Shown: one piece after another, positions 18,212 to 37,561 of the stretch
Position numbering within the stretch: position 1 is the first letter of the stretch
Layout: each line of letters opens with the position of its first letter
From: the human T2T-CHM13v2.0 reference genome, Homo sapiens
Direction: 5' to 3' (one strand)
DNA: 64,000 nt
NCBI RefSeq assembly: GCF_009914755.1
Contig: NC_060948.1
Notes under the pieces: model-generated
Told to the model about the DNA's origin: nothing
Database searches by the model: none
What the model saw: only the letters and a program-made list of their open reading frames with translations
Position numbers and translations under genes: made by a program

Positions 18212-19751
18212 CAAACATACGTATACATTATGTATATAATAATATACAGTATCATATATATAATATATATAACCTATGTATAATATTGTTTTACATCCTG
18301 CATCCTATGTTATATATATTGTATAAAATATAATAATTGATAATATATAAGTTTTATAATTATACAATATGACATATAGTATATATTATAATTTATGACA
18401 TATATAATATATGTTATATATCATATATAGAATATATTATACGGTTAATATACGTATTAAATATAAATTATACATTATATATATTATATATAATATATCT
18501 GTTATATTTAATACCCATTATGCATAATATATATATTATGTCTATGTTATATATAGTATAAAACAACATATAATAATATATAATTGTATATATAAAATGC
18601 GACATATAATATATATTATATTTTATAACATATGTAATATATATTATATATTATATATAATACGTTGTATGTATAATACCTATATTAAATATATATTATA
18701 TGACTATGTTATTAATTACATGTCACATGTGTTATATATTATATATTTTACGTAGAATATACCGGTTACATACAATATATACTATGTTACCTATAATGTA
18801 TAATTTATTACATGTAAAATAAAGAATGCAATATATTATGTATAATTTATAATATAAAATATGTGGAATGTGATATATGTAACATATAATATATGATATA
18901 TGATATATAGTATATGATATATAACATACAATATATGATTCCTAATATATATGGTATAGAATATATATTTTATGATATGTATTCTATATGTTTTATATTC
19001 TGTTATATATAACTATTTGAAATTATATATAACTGTATAATATTTTATGTAAATATGTAATATAATATATATAACTATATAATATATTATATATAACTAT
19101 ATATTATGTTATATATACTTTTATAACATAATTTACATAAAATATCATAATATAATATATATTATAATATTTCATATTACATAATATATATTACATATCA
19201 CCCAATATAACTAACATACAAAATATTATAATATAGATTATATTATGTTATATTAAATATCATATATATCATGTATCATATATTCTATAATATATATTAC
19301 ACATTATATAATATGTATGTTGTCTATTATGTGATATATTTAACTATATATATAATTATATTTTTATACATATAACTAGATAAACATGTAATTCTACATA
19401 TTTTCATTTATAATATGTAGAATTATATAATCATATATAATTATTAATATTCTATAAAAATTTTATCATTATATAAATTATAATATATAAAAATTATAAT
19501 ATGTACTACAAATATATATATAATATATCATATATGATATAGTACATTTGTTATATATCATAATACATATAAATGTGTATTATGTTATCTATAATTATAT
19601 AATTTCATATATAAGATGTATAATATGTATCATATATTATATATGTTATGTAATATATATAGTATATATAAGATGACACAGGATAAATATTATATACTAT
19701 GACATATAAAATATATGATTTTATATGTTACATATAAGGCATAGCACATAA

Positions 19752-20066
<315 letters not shown>

Positions 20067-20630
20067 AGATCCATATTTTTTAAATGAAAAAAAATTTCAA
20101 CGGTACTCTGCTTGGTACAATAATCAAATGTATAAACTGAGGAATAAAACATAACCATGAAACCTACTTATAACTGCATATGGAAAATACAGAGGATAAT
20201 TTTTTAAATAACATATTTTGAAAGCCTTAACTAGTAATTTGAAGAGTTGGCATTTGAAAGGCCAGTATGAATATACCTTCAAAGCAGCAACACAGGTTCC
20301 CCATGAGAAAAAGCAAACACAGGGAAAATAAAAACACAAAGGTTCAATCTCTTCTGACCTTTGAAAGACACAGCACAGACAGTGGTCCTTAGGACGAAGA
20401 GCAGGAGACCCCTAATTCCGTCACCATGGCGATAGGGCATAAACATTGCTGGGTGAGGGCACAATCCACATTGTGAGGTCCAACTGCTGCCAGGAAGACA
20501 GGAGTGCTTTTACATAGACCGAAAGGTCATTGAAGGCTCAGAGTTTTCTTTCAAGAACTGAATCCCAAGCCCACACGTTATTAGGCTGCGCTTCTTAAAA
20601 CAAGTTATGAGATGGGAAAAAGGGCACCCA
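20067..20630. repeat. HSATI segment, copy 9
   Basis: Same as copy 1. Confidence 0.8.
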
Positions 20631-22171
20631 CAAACATACGTATACATTATGTATATAATAATATACAGTATCATATATAATATATATAACCTATGTATAA
20701 TATTGTTTTACATCCTGCATCCTATGTTATATATATTGTATAAAATATAATAATTGATAATATATAAGTTTTATAATTATACAATATGACATATAGTATA
20801 TATTATAATTTATGACATATATAATATATGTTATATATCATATATAGAATATATTATACGGTTAATATACGTATTAAATATAAATTATACATTATATATA
20901 TTATATATAATATATCTGTTATATATAATACCCATTATGCATAATATATATATTATGTCTATGTTATATATAGTATAAAACAACATATAATAATATATAA
21001 TTGTATATATAAAATGCGACATATAATATATATTATATTTTATAACATATGTAATATATATTATATATTATATATAATACGTTGTATGTATAATACCTAT
21101 ATTAAATATATATTATATGACTATGTTATTAATTACATGTCACATGTGTTATATATTATATATTTTACGTAGAATATACCGGTTACATACAATATATACT
21201 ATGTTACCTATAATGTATAATTTATTACATGTAAAATAAAGAATGCAATATATTATGTATAATTTATAATATAAAATATGTGGAATGTGATATATGTAAC
21301 ATATAATATATGATATATGATATACAGTATATGATATATAACATACAATATATGATTCCTAATATATATGGTATACAATATATATTTTATGATATGTATT
21401 CTATATGTTTTATATTCTGTTATATATAACTATTTGAAATTATATATAACTGTATAATATTTTATGTAAATATGTAATATAATATATATAACTATATAAT
21501 ATATTATATATAACTATATATTATGTTATATATACTTTTATAACATAATTTACATAAAATATCATAATATAATATATATTATAATATTTCATATTACATA
21601 ATATATATTACATATCACCCAATATAACTAACATACATAATATTATAATATAGATTATATTATGTTATATTAAATATCATATATATCATGTATCATATAT
21701 TCTATAATATATATTACACATTATATAATATGTATGTTGTCTATTATGTGATATATATAACTATATATATAATTATATTTTTATACATATAACTAGATAA
21801 ACATGTAATTCTACATATTTTCATTTATAATATGTAGAATTATATAATCATATATAATTATTAATATTCTATAAAAAATTTTATCATTATATAAATTATA
21901 AGATATAAAAATTATAATATGTACTACAAATATAAATCTATTATATATCATATATGATATAGTACCTTTGTTATATATCATAATACATATAAATGTGTAT
22001 TATGTTATCTATAATTATATAATTTCATATATAAGATGTATAATATGTATCATATATTATATATGTTATGTAATATATATAGTATATATAAGATGACACA
22101 GGATAAATATTATATACTATGACATATAAAATATATGAGGTTATATGTTACATATAAGGCATAGCACATAA

Positions 22172-22486
<315 letters not shown>

Positions 22487-23050
22487 AGATCCATATTTTT
22501 TAAATGAAAAAAAATTTCAAAGGTACTCTGCTTGGTACAATAATCAAATGTATAAACTGAGGAATAAAACATAACCATGAAACCTACTTATAACTGCATA
22601 TGGAAAATACAGAGGATAATTTTTTAAATAACATATTTTGAAAGCCTTAACTAGTAATTTGAAGAGTTGGCATTTGAAAGGCCAGTATGAATATGCCTTC
22701 AAAGCAGCAACACAGGTTCCCCATGAGAAAAAGCAAACACAGGGAAAATAAAAACACAAAGGTTCAATCTCTTCTGACCTTTGAAAGACACAGCACAGAC
22801 AGTGGTCCTTAGGACGAAGAGCAGGAGACCCCTAATTCCGTCACCATGGCGATAGGGCATAAACATTGCTGGGTGAGGGCACAATCCACATTGTGAGGTC
22901 CAACTGCTGCCAGGAAGACAGGAGTGCTTTTACATAGACCGAAAGGTCATTGAAGGCTCAGAGTTTTGTTTCAAGAACTGAATCCCAAGCCCACACGTTA
23001 TTAGGCTGCGCTTCTTAAAACAAGTTATGAGATGGGAAAAAGGGCACCCA
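22487..23050. repeat. HSATI segment, copy 10
   Basis: Same as copy 1. Confidence 0.8.
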
Positions 23051-24591
23051 CAAACATACGTATACATTATGTATATAATAATATACAGTATCATATATAT
23101 AATATATATAACCTATGTATAATATTGTTTTACATCCTGCATCCTATGTTATATATATTGTATAAAATATAATAATTGATAATATATAAGTTTTATGATT
23201 ATACAATATGACATATAGTATATATTATAATTTATGACATATATAATATATGTTATATATCATATATAGAATATATTATACGGTTAATATACGTATTAAA
23301 TATAAATTATACATTATATATATTATATATAATATATCTGTTATATATAATACCCATTATGCATAATATATATATTATGTCTATGTTATATATAGTATAA
23401 AACAACATATAATAATATATAATTGTATATATAAAATGCGACATATAATATATATTATATTTTATAACATATGTAATATATATTATATATTATATATAAT
23501 ACGTTGTATGTATAATACCTATATTAAATATATATAATATGACTATGTTATTAATTACATGTCACATGTGTTATATATTATATATTTTACATAGAATATA
23601 CCGGTTACATACAATATATACTATGTTACCTATAATGTCTAATTTATTACATGTAAAATAAAGAATTCAATATATTATGTAAAATTTATAATATACAATA
23701 TGTGGAATGTGATATATATAACATATAATATATGATATATGATATACGGTATATGATATATAACATACAATATATGATTCCTAATATATATGGTATACAA
23801 TATATATTTTATGATATGTATTCTATATGTTTTATATTCTGTTATATATAACTATTTGAAATTATATATAACTGTATAATATTTTATGTAAATATGAAAT
23901 ATAATATATATAACTATATACTATATTATATATAACTATATATTATGTTATATATACTTTTATAACATAATTTACATAAAATATCATAATATAATATATA
24001 TTATATTATTTCATATTACATAATATATATTACATATCACCCAATATAACTAACATACATAATATTATAATATAGATTATATTATGTTATATTAAATATC
24101 ATATATATCATGTATCATATATTCTATAATATATATTACACATTATATAATATGTATGTTGTCTATTATGTGATATATATAACTATATATATAATTATAT
24201 TTTTATACATATAACTAGATAAACATGTAATTCTACATATTTTCATTTATAATATGTAGAATTATATAATCATATATAATTATTTATATTCTATAAAAAA
24301 TTTTATCATTATATAAATTATAATATATAAAAATTATAATATGTACTACAAATATATATATTATATATCATATATGCTATAGTACCTTTGTTATATATCA
24401 TAATACATATAAATGTGTATTATGTTATCTATAATTATATAATTTCATATATAAGTTGTATAATATGTATCATATATTATATATGTTATGTAATATATAT
24501 AGTATATATAAGATGAGACAGGATAAATATTATATACTATGACATATAAAATATATGAGGTTATATGTTACATATAAGGCATAGCACATAA

Positions 24592-24906
<315 letters not shown>

Positions 24907-25469
24907 AGATCCATATTTTTTAAATGAAAAAAATTTCAAAGGTACTCTGCTTGGTACAATAATCAAATGTATAAACTGAGGAATAAAACATAACCATGAA
25001 ACCTACTTATAACTGCATATGGAAAATACAGAGGATAATTTTTTAAATAACATATTTTGAAAGCCTTAACTAGTAATTTGAAGAGTTGGCATTTGAAAGG
25101 CCAGTATGAATATACCTTCAAAGCAGCAACACAGGTTCCCCATGAGAAAAAGCAAACACAGGGAAAATAAAAACACAAAGGTTCAATCTCTTCTGACCTT
25201 TGAAAGACAAAGCACAGACAGCGGTCCTTAGGATGAAGAGCAGGAGACCCCTAATTCCGTCACCATGGCGATAGGGCATAAACATTGCTGGGTGAGGGCA
25301 CAATCCACATTGTGAGGTCCAACTGCTGCCAGGAAGACAGGAGTGCTTTTACATAGACCGAAAGGTCATTGAAGGCTCAGAGTTTTGTTTCAAGAACTGA
25401 ATCCCAAGCCCACACGTTATTAGGCTGCGCTTCTTAAAACAAGTTATGAGATGGGAAAAAGGGCACCCA
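24907..25469. repeat. HSATI segment, copy 11
   Basis: Same as copy 1, with several private variants. Confidence 0.8.
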
Positions 25470-27031
25470 CAAACATACGTATACATTATGTATAATAATA
25501 TACAGTATCATATATATAATATATATAACCTATGTATAATATTGTTTTACATCCTGCATCTTATGTAATATATATTGTATAAAATATAATAATTGATAAT
25601 ATATAAGTTTTATATTTATACAATATGACATATAGTATATATTATAATTTATGACATTTATAATATATGTTATATATCATATATAGAATATATTATACGG
25701 TTAATATACGTATTAAATATAAATTATACATTATATATATTATATAAAATATATCTGTTATATATAATACCCATTATGCATAATATATATATTATGTCTA
25801 TGTTATATATAGTATAAAACAACATATAATAATATATAATTGTATATATAAAATGCGACATAGAATATATATTATATTTTATAACATATGTAATATATAT
25901 TATATATTATATATAATACGTTGTATGTATAATACCTATATTAAATATATATTATATGACTATGTTATTAATTACATGTCACATGTGTTATATATTATAT
26001 ATTTTACATAGAATATACCGGTTACATACAATATATACTATGTTACCTATAATGTATAATTTATTACATGTAAAATAAAGAATGCAATATATTATGTATA
26101 ATTTATAATATACAATATGTGGAATGTGATATATATAACATATAATATATGATATATGATATACAGTATATGATATATAACATACAATATATGATTCCTA
26201 ATATATATGGTATACAATATATATTTTATGATATGTATTCTATATGTTTTATATTCTGTTATATATAACTATTTGAAATTATATATAACTGTATAATATT
26301 TTATGTAAATATGTAATATAATATATATAAATATATAATATATTATATATAACTATATATTATGTTATATATACTTTTATAACATAATTTACATAAAATA
26401 TCATAATATAATATATATTATATTATTTCATATTACATAATATATATTACATATCACCCAATATAACTAACATACATAATATTATAATATAGATTATATT
26501 GTGTTATATTAAATATCATATATATCATGTATCATATATTCTATAATATATATTACACATTATATAATATGTATGTTGTCTATTATGTGATATATATAAC
26601 TATATATATAATTATATTTTTATACATATAACTAGATAAGCATGTAATTCTACATATTTTCATTTATAATATGTAGAATTATATAATCATATATAATTAT
26701 TTATATTCTATAAAAAATTTTATCATTATATAAATTATAATATATAAAAATTATAATATGTACTACAAATATATATATTATATATCATATATGATATAGT
26801 ACCTTTGTTATATATCATAATACATATAAATGTGTATTATGTTATCTATAATTATATAATTTCATATATAAGATGTATAATATGTATCATATATTATATA
26901 TGTTATGTAATATATATAGTATATATAAGATGACACAGGATAAATATTATATACTATGACATATAAAATATATGAGGTTATATGTTACATATAAGGCATA
27001 GCACATAACATGTAATAAATATCATATATAA

Positions 27032-27323
27032 TTTTTTTTTAGACAGAATCTTGTCCTGTTGCACAGGGTGGGGTACAATGGCGCCATCTTTGCTCACTGC
27101 AACTTCTGCCTCACGGGTCCAAGCGATTGTCTTCCCTCAGCCTCCCAGGTAGCTGGGACTACACCACACTGGGACTACACCAGCTGCCACCATGCCTAGC
27201 TAATTTTTTGGATTTTTAGTAGTGACAGCGTTTCAGTGTATTGGCCAGGACGGTCTTGATCTCTTCACCTTGTGATCCCCTTGCCTTGGCCTCCAAATTT
27301 GCTGGGATTACAGGCCTGAGCCA
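27032..27323 (-). mobile_element. Decayed Alu, copy 12
   Basis: Same as copy 1, with three private substitutions. Confidence 0.95.
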
Positions 27324-27887
27324 AGATCCATATTTTTTAAATGAAAAAAAATTTCAAAGGTACTCTGCTTGGTACAATGATCAAATGTATAAACTGAGGA
27401 ATAAAACATAACCATGAAACCTACTTATAACTGCATATGGAAAATACAGAGGATAATTTTTTAAATAACATATTTTGAAAGCCTTAACTAGTAATTTGAA
27501 GAGTTGGCATTTGAAAGGCCAGTATGAATATACCTTCAAAGCAGCAACACAGGTTCCCCATGAGAAAAAGCAAACACAGGGAAAATAAAAACACAAAGGT
27601 TCAATCTCTTCTGACCTTTGAAAGACACAGCACAGACAGTGGTCCTTAGGACGAAGAGCAGGAGACCCCTAATTCCGTCACCATGGCGATAGGGCATAAA
27701 CATTGCTGGGTGAGGGCACAATCCACATTGTGAGGTCCAACTGCTGCCAGGAAGACAGGAGTGCTTTTACATAGACCGAAAGGTCATTGAAGGCTCAGAG
27801 TTTTCTTTCAAGAACTGAATCCCAAGCCCACACGTTATTAGGCTGCGCTTCTTAAAACAAGTTATGAGATGGGAAAAAGGGCACCCA
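27324..27887. repeat. HSATI segment, copy 12
   Basis: Same as copy 1. Confidence 0.8.
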
Positions 27888-29427
27888 CAAACATACGTAT
27901 ACATTATGTATATAATAATATACAGTATCATATATATAATATATATAACCTATGTATAATATTGTTTTACATCCTGCATCTTATGTTATATATATTGTAT
28001 AAAATATAATAATTGATAATATATAAGTTTTATAATTATACAATATGACATATAGTATATATTATAATTTATGACATATATAATATATGTTATATGTCAT
28101 ATATAGAATATATTATACGGTTAATATACGTATTAAATATAAATTATACATTATATATATTATATATAATATATCTGTTATATATAATACCCATTATGCA
28201 TAATATATATATTATGTCTATGTTATATATAGTATAAAACAACATATAATAATATATAATTGTATATATAAAATGCGACATATAATATATATTATATTTT
28301 ATAACATATGTAATATATATTATATATTATATATAATACGTTGTATGTATAATACCTATATTAAATATATATTATATGACTATGTTATTAATTACATGTC
28401 ACATGTGTTATATATTATATATTTTACATAGAATATACCGGTTACATACAATATATACTATGTTACCTATAATGTATAATTTATTACATGTAAAATAAAG
28501 AATGCAATATATTATGTATAATTTATAATATACAATATGTGGAATGTGATATATGTAACATATAATATATGATATATGATATACAGTATATGATATATAA
28601 CATACAATATATGATTCCTAATATATATGGTATACAATATATATTTTATGATATGTATTCTATATGTTTTATATTCTGTTATATATAACTATTTGAAATT
28701 ATATATAACTGTATAATATTTTATGTAAATATGTAATATAATATATATAACTATATAATATATTATATATAACTATATATTATGTTATATATACTTTTAT
28801 AACATAATTTACATAAAATATCATCATATAATATATATTATATTATTTCATATTACATAATATATATTACAAATCACCCAATATAACTAACATACATAAT
28901 ATTATAATATAGATTATATTATGTTATATTAAATATCATATATATCATGTATCATATATTCTATAATATATATTACACATTATATAATATGTATGTTGTC
29001 TATTATGTGATATATATAACTATATATATAATTATATTTTTATACATATAACTGGATAAACATGTAATTCTACATATTTTCATTTATAATATGTAGAATT
29101 ATATAATCATATATAATTTTTTATATTCTATAAAAAATTTATCATTTTATAAATTATAATATATAAAAATAATAATATGTACTACAAATATATATATTAT
29201 ATATCATATATGATATAGTACCATTGTTATATATCATAATACATATAAATGTGTATTATGTTATCTATAATTATATAATTTCATATATAAGATGTATAAT
29301 ATGTATCATATATTATATATGTTATGTAATATATATAGTATATATAAGATGACACAGGATAAATATTATATACTATGACATATAAAATATATGAGGTTAT
29401 ATGTTACATATAAGGCATAGCACATAA

Positions 29428-29742
<315 letters not shown>

Positions 29743-30306
29743 AGATCCATATTTTTTAAATGAAAAAAAATTTCAAAGGTACTCTGCTTGGTACAATAAT
29801 CAAATGTATAAACTGAGGAATAAAACATAACCATGAAACCTACTTATAACTGCATATGGAAAATACAGAGGATAATTTTTTAAATAACATATTTTGAAAG
29901 CCTTAACTAGTAATTTGAAGAGTTGGCATTTGAAAGGCCAGTATGAATATACCTTCAAAGCAGCAACACAGGTTCCCCATGAGAAAAAGCAAACACAGGG
30001 AAAATAAAAACACAAAGGTTCAATCTCTTCTGACCTTTGAAAGACACAGCACAGACAGTGGTCCTTAGGACGAAGAGCAGGAGACCCCTAATTCCGTCAC
30101 CATGGCGATAGGGCATAAACATTGCTGGGTGAGGGCACAATCCACATTGTGAGGTCCAACTGCTGCCAGGAAGACAGGAGTGCTTTTACATAGACCGAAA
30201 GGTCATTGAAGGCTCAGAGTTTTGTTTCAAGAACTGAATCCCAAGCCCACACGTTATTAGGCTGCGCTTCTTAAAACAAGTTATGAGATGGGAAAAAGGG
30301 CACCCA
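29743..30306. repeat. HSATI segment, copy 13
   Basis: Same as copy 1. Confidence 0.8.
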
Positions 30307-31847
30307 CAAACATACGTATACATTATGTATATAATAATATACAGTATCATATATATAATATATATAACCTATGTATAATATTGTTTTACATCCTGCATCT
30401 TATGTTATATATATTGTATAAAATATAATAATTGATAATATATAAGTTTTATAATTATACAATATGACATATAGTATATATTATAATTTATGACATATAT
30501 AATATATGTTATATGTCATATATAGAATATATTATACGGTTAATATACGTATTAAATATAAATTATACATTATATATATTATATATAATATATCTGTTAT
30601 ATATAATACCCATTATGCATAATATATATATTATGTCTATGTTATATATAGTATAAAACAACATATAATAATATATAATTGTATATATAAAATGCGACAT
30701 ATAATATATATTATATTTTATAACATATGTAATATATATTATATATTATATATAATACGTTGTATGTATAATACCTATATTAAATATATATTATATGACT
30801 ATGTTATTAATTACATGTCACATGTGTTATATATTATATATTTTACATAGAATATACCGGTTACATACAATATATACTATGTTACCTATAATGTATAATT
30901 TATTACATGTAAAATAAAGAATGCAATATATTATGTATAATTTATAATATACAATATGTGGAATGTGATATATGTAACATATAATATATGATATATGATA
31001 TACAGTATATGATATATAACATACAGTATATGATTCCTAATATATATGGTATACAATATATATTTTATTATATGTATTCTATATGTTTTATATTCTGTTA
31101 TATATAACTATTTGAAATTATATATAACTGTATAATATTTTATGTAAATATGTAATATAATATATATAACTATATAATATATTATATATAACTATATATT
31201 ATGTTATATATACTTTTATAACATAATTTACATAAAATATCATCATATAATATATATTATATTATTTCATATTACATAATATATATTACATATCACCCAA
31301 TATAACTAACATACATAATATTATAATATAGATTATATTGTGTTATATTAAATATCATATATATCATGTATCATATATTCTATAATATATATTACACATT
31401 ATATAATATGTATGTTGTCTATTATGTGATATATATAACTATATATATAATTATATTTTTATACATATAACTGGATAAACATGTAATTCTACATATTTTC
31501 ATTTATAATATGTAGAATTATATAATCATATATAATTTTTTATATTCTATAAAAAATTTTATCATTTTATAAATTATAATATATAAAAATTATAATATGT
31601 ACTACAAATATATATATTATATATCATATATGATATAGTACCATTGTTATATATCATAATACATATAAATGTGTATTATGTTATCTATAATTATATAATT
31701 TCATATATAAGATGTATAATATGTATCATATATTATATATGTTATGTAATATATATAGTATATATAAGATGACACAGGATAAATATTATATACTATGACA
31801 TATAAAATATATGAGGTTATATGTTACATATAAGGCATAGCACATAA

Positions 31848-32162
<315 letters not shown>

Positions 32163-32726
32163 AGATCCATATTTTTTAAATGAAAAAAAATTTCAAAGGT
32201 ACTCTGCTTGGTACAATAATCAAATGTATAAACTGAGGAATAAAACATAACCATGAAACCTACTTATAACTGCATATGGAAAATACAGAGGATAATTTTT
32301 TAAATAACATATTTTGAAAGCCTTAACTAGTAATTTGAAGAGTTGGCATTTGAAAGGCCAGTATGAATATACCTTCAAAGCAGCAACACAGGTTCCCCAT
32401 GAGAAAAAGCAAACACAGGGAAAATAAAAACACAAAGGTTCAATCTCTTCTGACCTTTGAAAGACACAGCACAGACAGTGGTCCTTAGGACGAAGAGCAG
32501 GAGACCCCTAATTCCGTCACCATGGCGATAGGGCATAAACATTGCTGGGTGAGGGCACAATCCACATTGTGAGGTCCAACTGCTGCCAGGAAGACAGGAG
32601 TGCTTTTACATAGACCGAAAGGTCATTGAAGGCTCAGAGTTTTGTTTCAAGAACTGAATCCCAAGCCCACACGTTATTAGGCTGCGCTTCTTAAAACAAG
32701 TTATGAGATGGGAAAAAGGGCACCCA
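32163..32726. repeat. HSATI segment, copy 14
   Basis: Same as copy 1. Confidence 0.8.
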
Positions 32727-34260
32727 CAAACATACGTATACATTATGTATATAATAATATACAGTATCATATATATAATATATATAACCTATGTATAATA
32801 TTGTTTTACATCCTGCATCTTATGTTATATATATTGTATAAAATATAATAATTGATAATATATAAGTTTTATAATTATACAATATGACATAGAGTATATA
32901 TTATAATTTATGACATATATAATATATGTTATATATCATATATAGAATATATTATACGGTTAATATACGTATTAAATATAAATTATACATTATATATATT
33001 ATATATAATATATCTGTTATATATAATACCCATTATGCATAATATATATATTATGTCTATGTTATATATAGTATAAAACAACATATAATAATATATAATT
33101 GTATATATAAAATGCGACATATAATATATATTATATTTTATAACATATGTAATATATATTATATATAATACGTTGTATGTATAATACCTATATTAAATAT
33201 ATATTATATGACTATGTTATTAATTACATGTCACATGTGTTATATATTATATATTTTACATAGAATATACCGGTTACATACAATATATACTATGTTACCT
33301 ATAATGTATAATTTATTACATGTAAAATAAAGAATGCAATATATTATGTATAATTTATAATATACAATATGTGGAATGTGATATATGTAACATATAATAT
33401 ATGATATATGATATACAGTATATGATATATAACATACAATATATGATTCCTAATATATATGGTATACAATATATATTTTATGATATGTATTCTATATGTT
33501 TTATATTCTGTTATATATAACTATTTGAAATTATATATAACTGTATAATATTTTATGTAAATATGAAATATAATATATATAACTATATAATATATTATAT
33601 ATAACTATATATTATGTTATATATACTTTTATAACATAATTTACATAAAATATCATAATATAATATATATTATATTATTTCATATTACATAATATATATT
33701 ACATATCACCCAATATAACTAACATACATAATAGTATAATATAGATTATATTATGTTATATTAAATATCATATATATCATGTATCATATATTCTATAATA
33801 TATATTACACATTATATAATATGTATGTTGTCTATTATGTGATATATATAACTATATATATAATTATATTTTTATACATATAACTAGATAAACATGTAAT
33901 TCTACATATTTTCATTTATAATATGTAGAATTATATAATCATATATAATTATTTATATTCTATAAAAAATTTTATCATTATATAAATTATAATATATAAA
34001 AATTATAATATGTACTACAAATATATATATTATATATCATATATGATATAGTACCTTTGTTATATATCATAATACATATAAATGTGTATTATGTTATCTA
34101 TAATTATATAATTTCATATATAAGATGTATAATATGTATCATATATTATAGATGTTATGTAATATATATAGTATATATAAGATGACACAGGATAAATATT
34201 ATATACTATGACATATAAAATATATGAGGTTATATGTTACATATAAGGCATAGCACATAA

Positions 34261-34575
<315 letters not shown>

Positions 34576-35139
34576 AGATCCATATTTTTTAAATGAAAAA
34601 AAATTTCAAAGGTACTCTGCTTGGTACAATAATCAAATGTATAAACTGAGGAATAAAACATAACCATGAAACCTACTTATAACTGCATATGGAAAATACA
34701 GAGGATAATTTTTTAAATAACATATTTTGAAAGCCTTAACTAGTAATTTGAAGAGTTGGCATTTGAAAGGCCAGTATGAATATACCTTCAAAGCAGCAAC
34801 ACAGGTTCCCCATGAGAAAAAGCAAACACAGGGAAAATAAAAACACAAAGGTTCAATCTCTTCTGACCTTTGAAAGACACAGCACAGACAGTGGTCCTTA
34901 GGACGAAGAGCAGGAGACCCCTAATTCCGTCACCATGGCGATAGGGCATAAACATTGCTGGGTGAGGGCACAATCCACATTGTGAGGTCCAACTGCTGCC
35001 AGGAAGACAGGAGTGCTTTTACATAGACCGAAAGGTCATTGAAGGCTCAGAGTTTTGTTTCAAGAACTGAATCCCAAGCCCACACGTTATTAGGCTGCGC
35101 TTCTTAAAACAAGTTATGAGATGGGAAAAAGGGCACCCA
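34576..35139. repeat. HSATI segment, copy 15
   Basis: Same as copy 1. Confidence 0.8.
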
Positions 35140-36682
35140 CAAACATACGTATACATTATGTATATAATAATATACAGTATCATATATATAATATATATAA
35201 CCTATGTATAATATTGTTTTGCATCCTGCATCCTATGTTATTTATATTGTATAAAATATAATAATTGATAATATATAAGCTGTATAATTATACAATATGA
35301 CATATAGTATATATTATAATTTATGACATATATAATATATGTTATATATCATATATAGAATATATTATACGGTTAATATACGTATTAAATATAAATTATA
35401 CATTATATATATTATATATAATATATCTGTTATATATAATACCCATTATGCATAATATATATATTATGTCTATGTTATATATAGTATAAAACAACATATA
35501 ATAATATATAATTGTATATATAAAATGCGACATATAATATATATTATATTTTATAACATATGTAATATATATTATATATTATATATAATACGTTGTATGT
35601 ATAATACCTATATTAAATATATATTATATGACTATGTTATTAATTACATGTCACATGTGTTATATATTATATATTTTACATAGAATATACCGGTTACATA
35701 CAATATATACTATGTTACCTATAATGTATAATTTATTACATGTAAAATAAAGAATGCAATATATTATGTATAATTTATAATATACAATATGTGGAATGTG
35801 ATATATGTAACATATAATATATGATATATGATATACAGTATATGATATATAACATACAATATATGATTCCTAATATATATGGTATACAATATATATTTTA
35901 TGATATGTATTCTATATGTTTTATATTCTGTTATATATAACTATTTGAAATTATATATAACTGTATAATATTTTATGTAAATATGTAATATAATATATAT
36001 AACTATATAATATATTATATATAACTATATATTATGTTATATATACTTTTATAACATAATTTACATAAAATATCATAATATAATATATATTATAATATTT
36101 CATATTACATAATATATATTACATATCACCCAATATAACTAACATACATAATATTATAATATAGATTATATTATGTTATATTAAATATCATATATATCAT
36201 GTATCATATATTCTATAATATATATTACACATTATATAATATGTATGTTGTCTATTATGTGATATATATAACTATATATATAATTATATTTTTATACATA
36301 TAACTGGATAAACATGTAATTCTACATATTTTCATTTATAATATGTAGAATTATATAATCATATATAATTATTTATATTCTATAAAAAATTTTATCATTA
36401 TATAAATTATAATATATAAAAATTATAATATGTACTACAAATATATATATATTATATATCATATATGATATAGTACCTTTGTTATATATCATAATACATA
36501 TAAATGTGTATTATGTTATCTATAATTATATAATTTCATATATAAGATGTATAATATGTATCATATATTATATATGTTATGTAATATATATAGTATATAT
36601 AAGATGACACAGGATAAATATTATATACTATGACATATAAAATATATGAGGTTATATGTTACATATAAGGCATAGCACATAA

Positions 36683-36997
<315 letters not shown>

Positions 36998-37561
36998 AGA
37001 TCCATATTTTTTAAATGAAAAAAAATTTCAAAGGTACTCTGCTTGGTACAATAATCAAATGTATAAACTGAGGAATAAAACATAACCATGAAACCTACTT
37101 ATAACTGCATATGGAAAATACAGAGGATAATTTTTTAAATAACATATTTTGAAAGCCTTAACTAGTAATTTGAAGAGTTGGCATTTGAAAGGCCAGTATG
37201 AATATACCTTCAAAGCAGCAACACAGGTTCCCCATGAGAAAAAGCAAACACAGGGAAAATAAAAACACAAAGGTTCAATCTCTTCTGACCTTTGAAAGAC
37301 ACAGCACAGACAGTGGTCCTTAGGACGAAGAGCAGGAGACCCCTAATTCCGTCACCATGGCGATAGGGCATAAACATTGCTGGGTGAGGGCACAATCCAC
37401 ATTGTGAGGTCCAACTGCTGCCAGGAAGACAGGAGTGCTTTTACATAGACCGAAAGGTCATTGAAGGCTCAGAGTTTTGTTTCAAGAACTGAATCCCAAG
37501 CCCACACGTTATTAGGCTGCGCTTCTTAAAACAAGTTATGAGATGGGAAAAAGGGCACCCA
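36998..37561. repeat. HSATI segment, copy 16
   Basis: Same as copy 1. Confidence 0.8.
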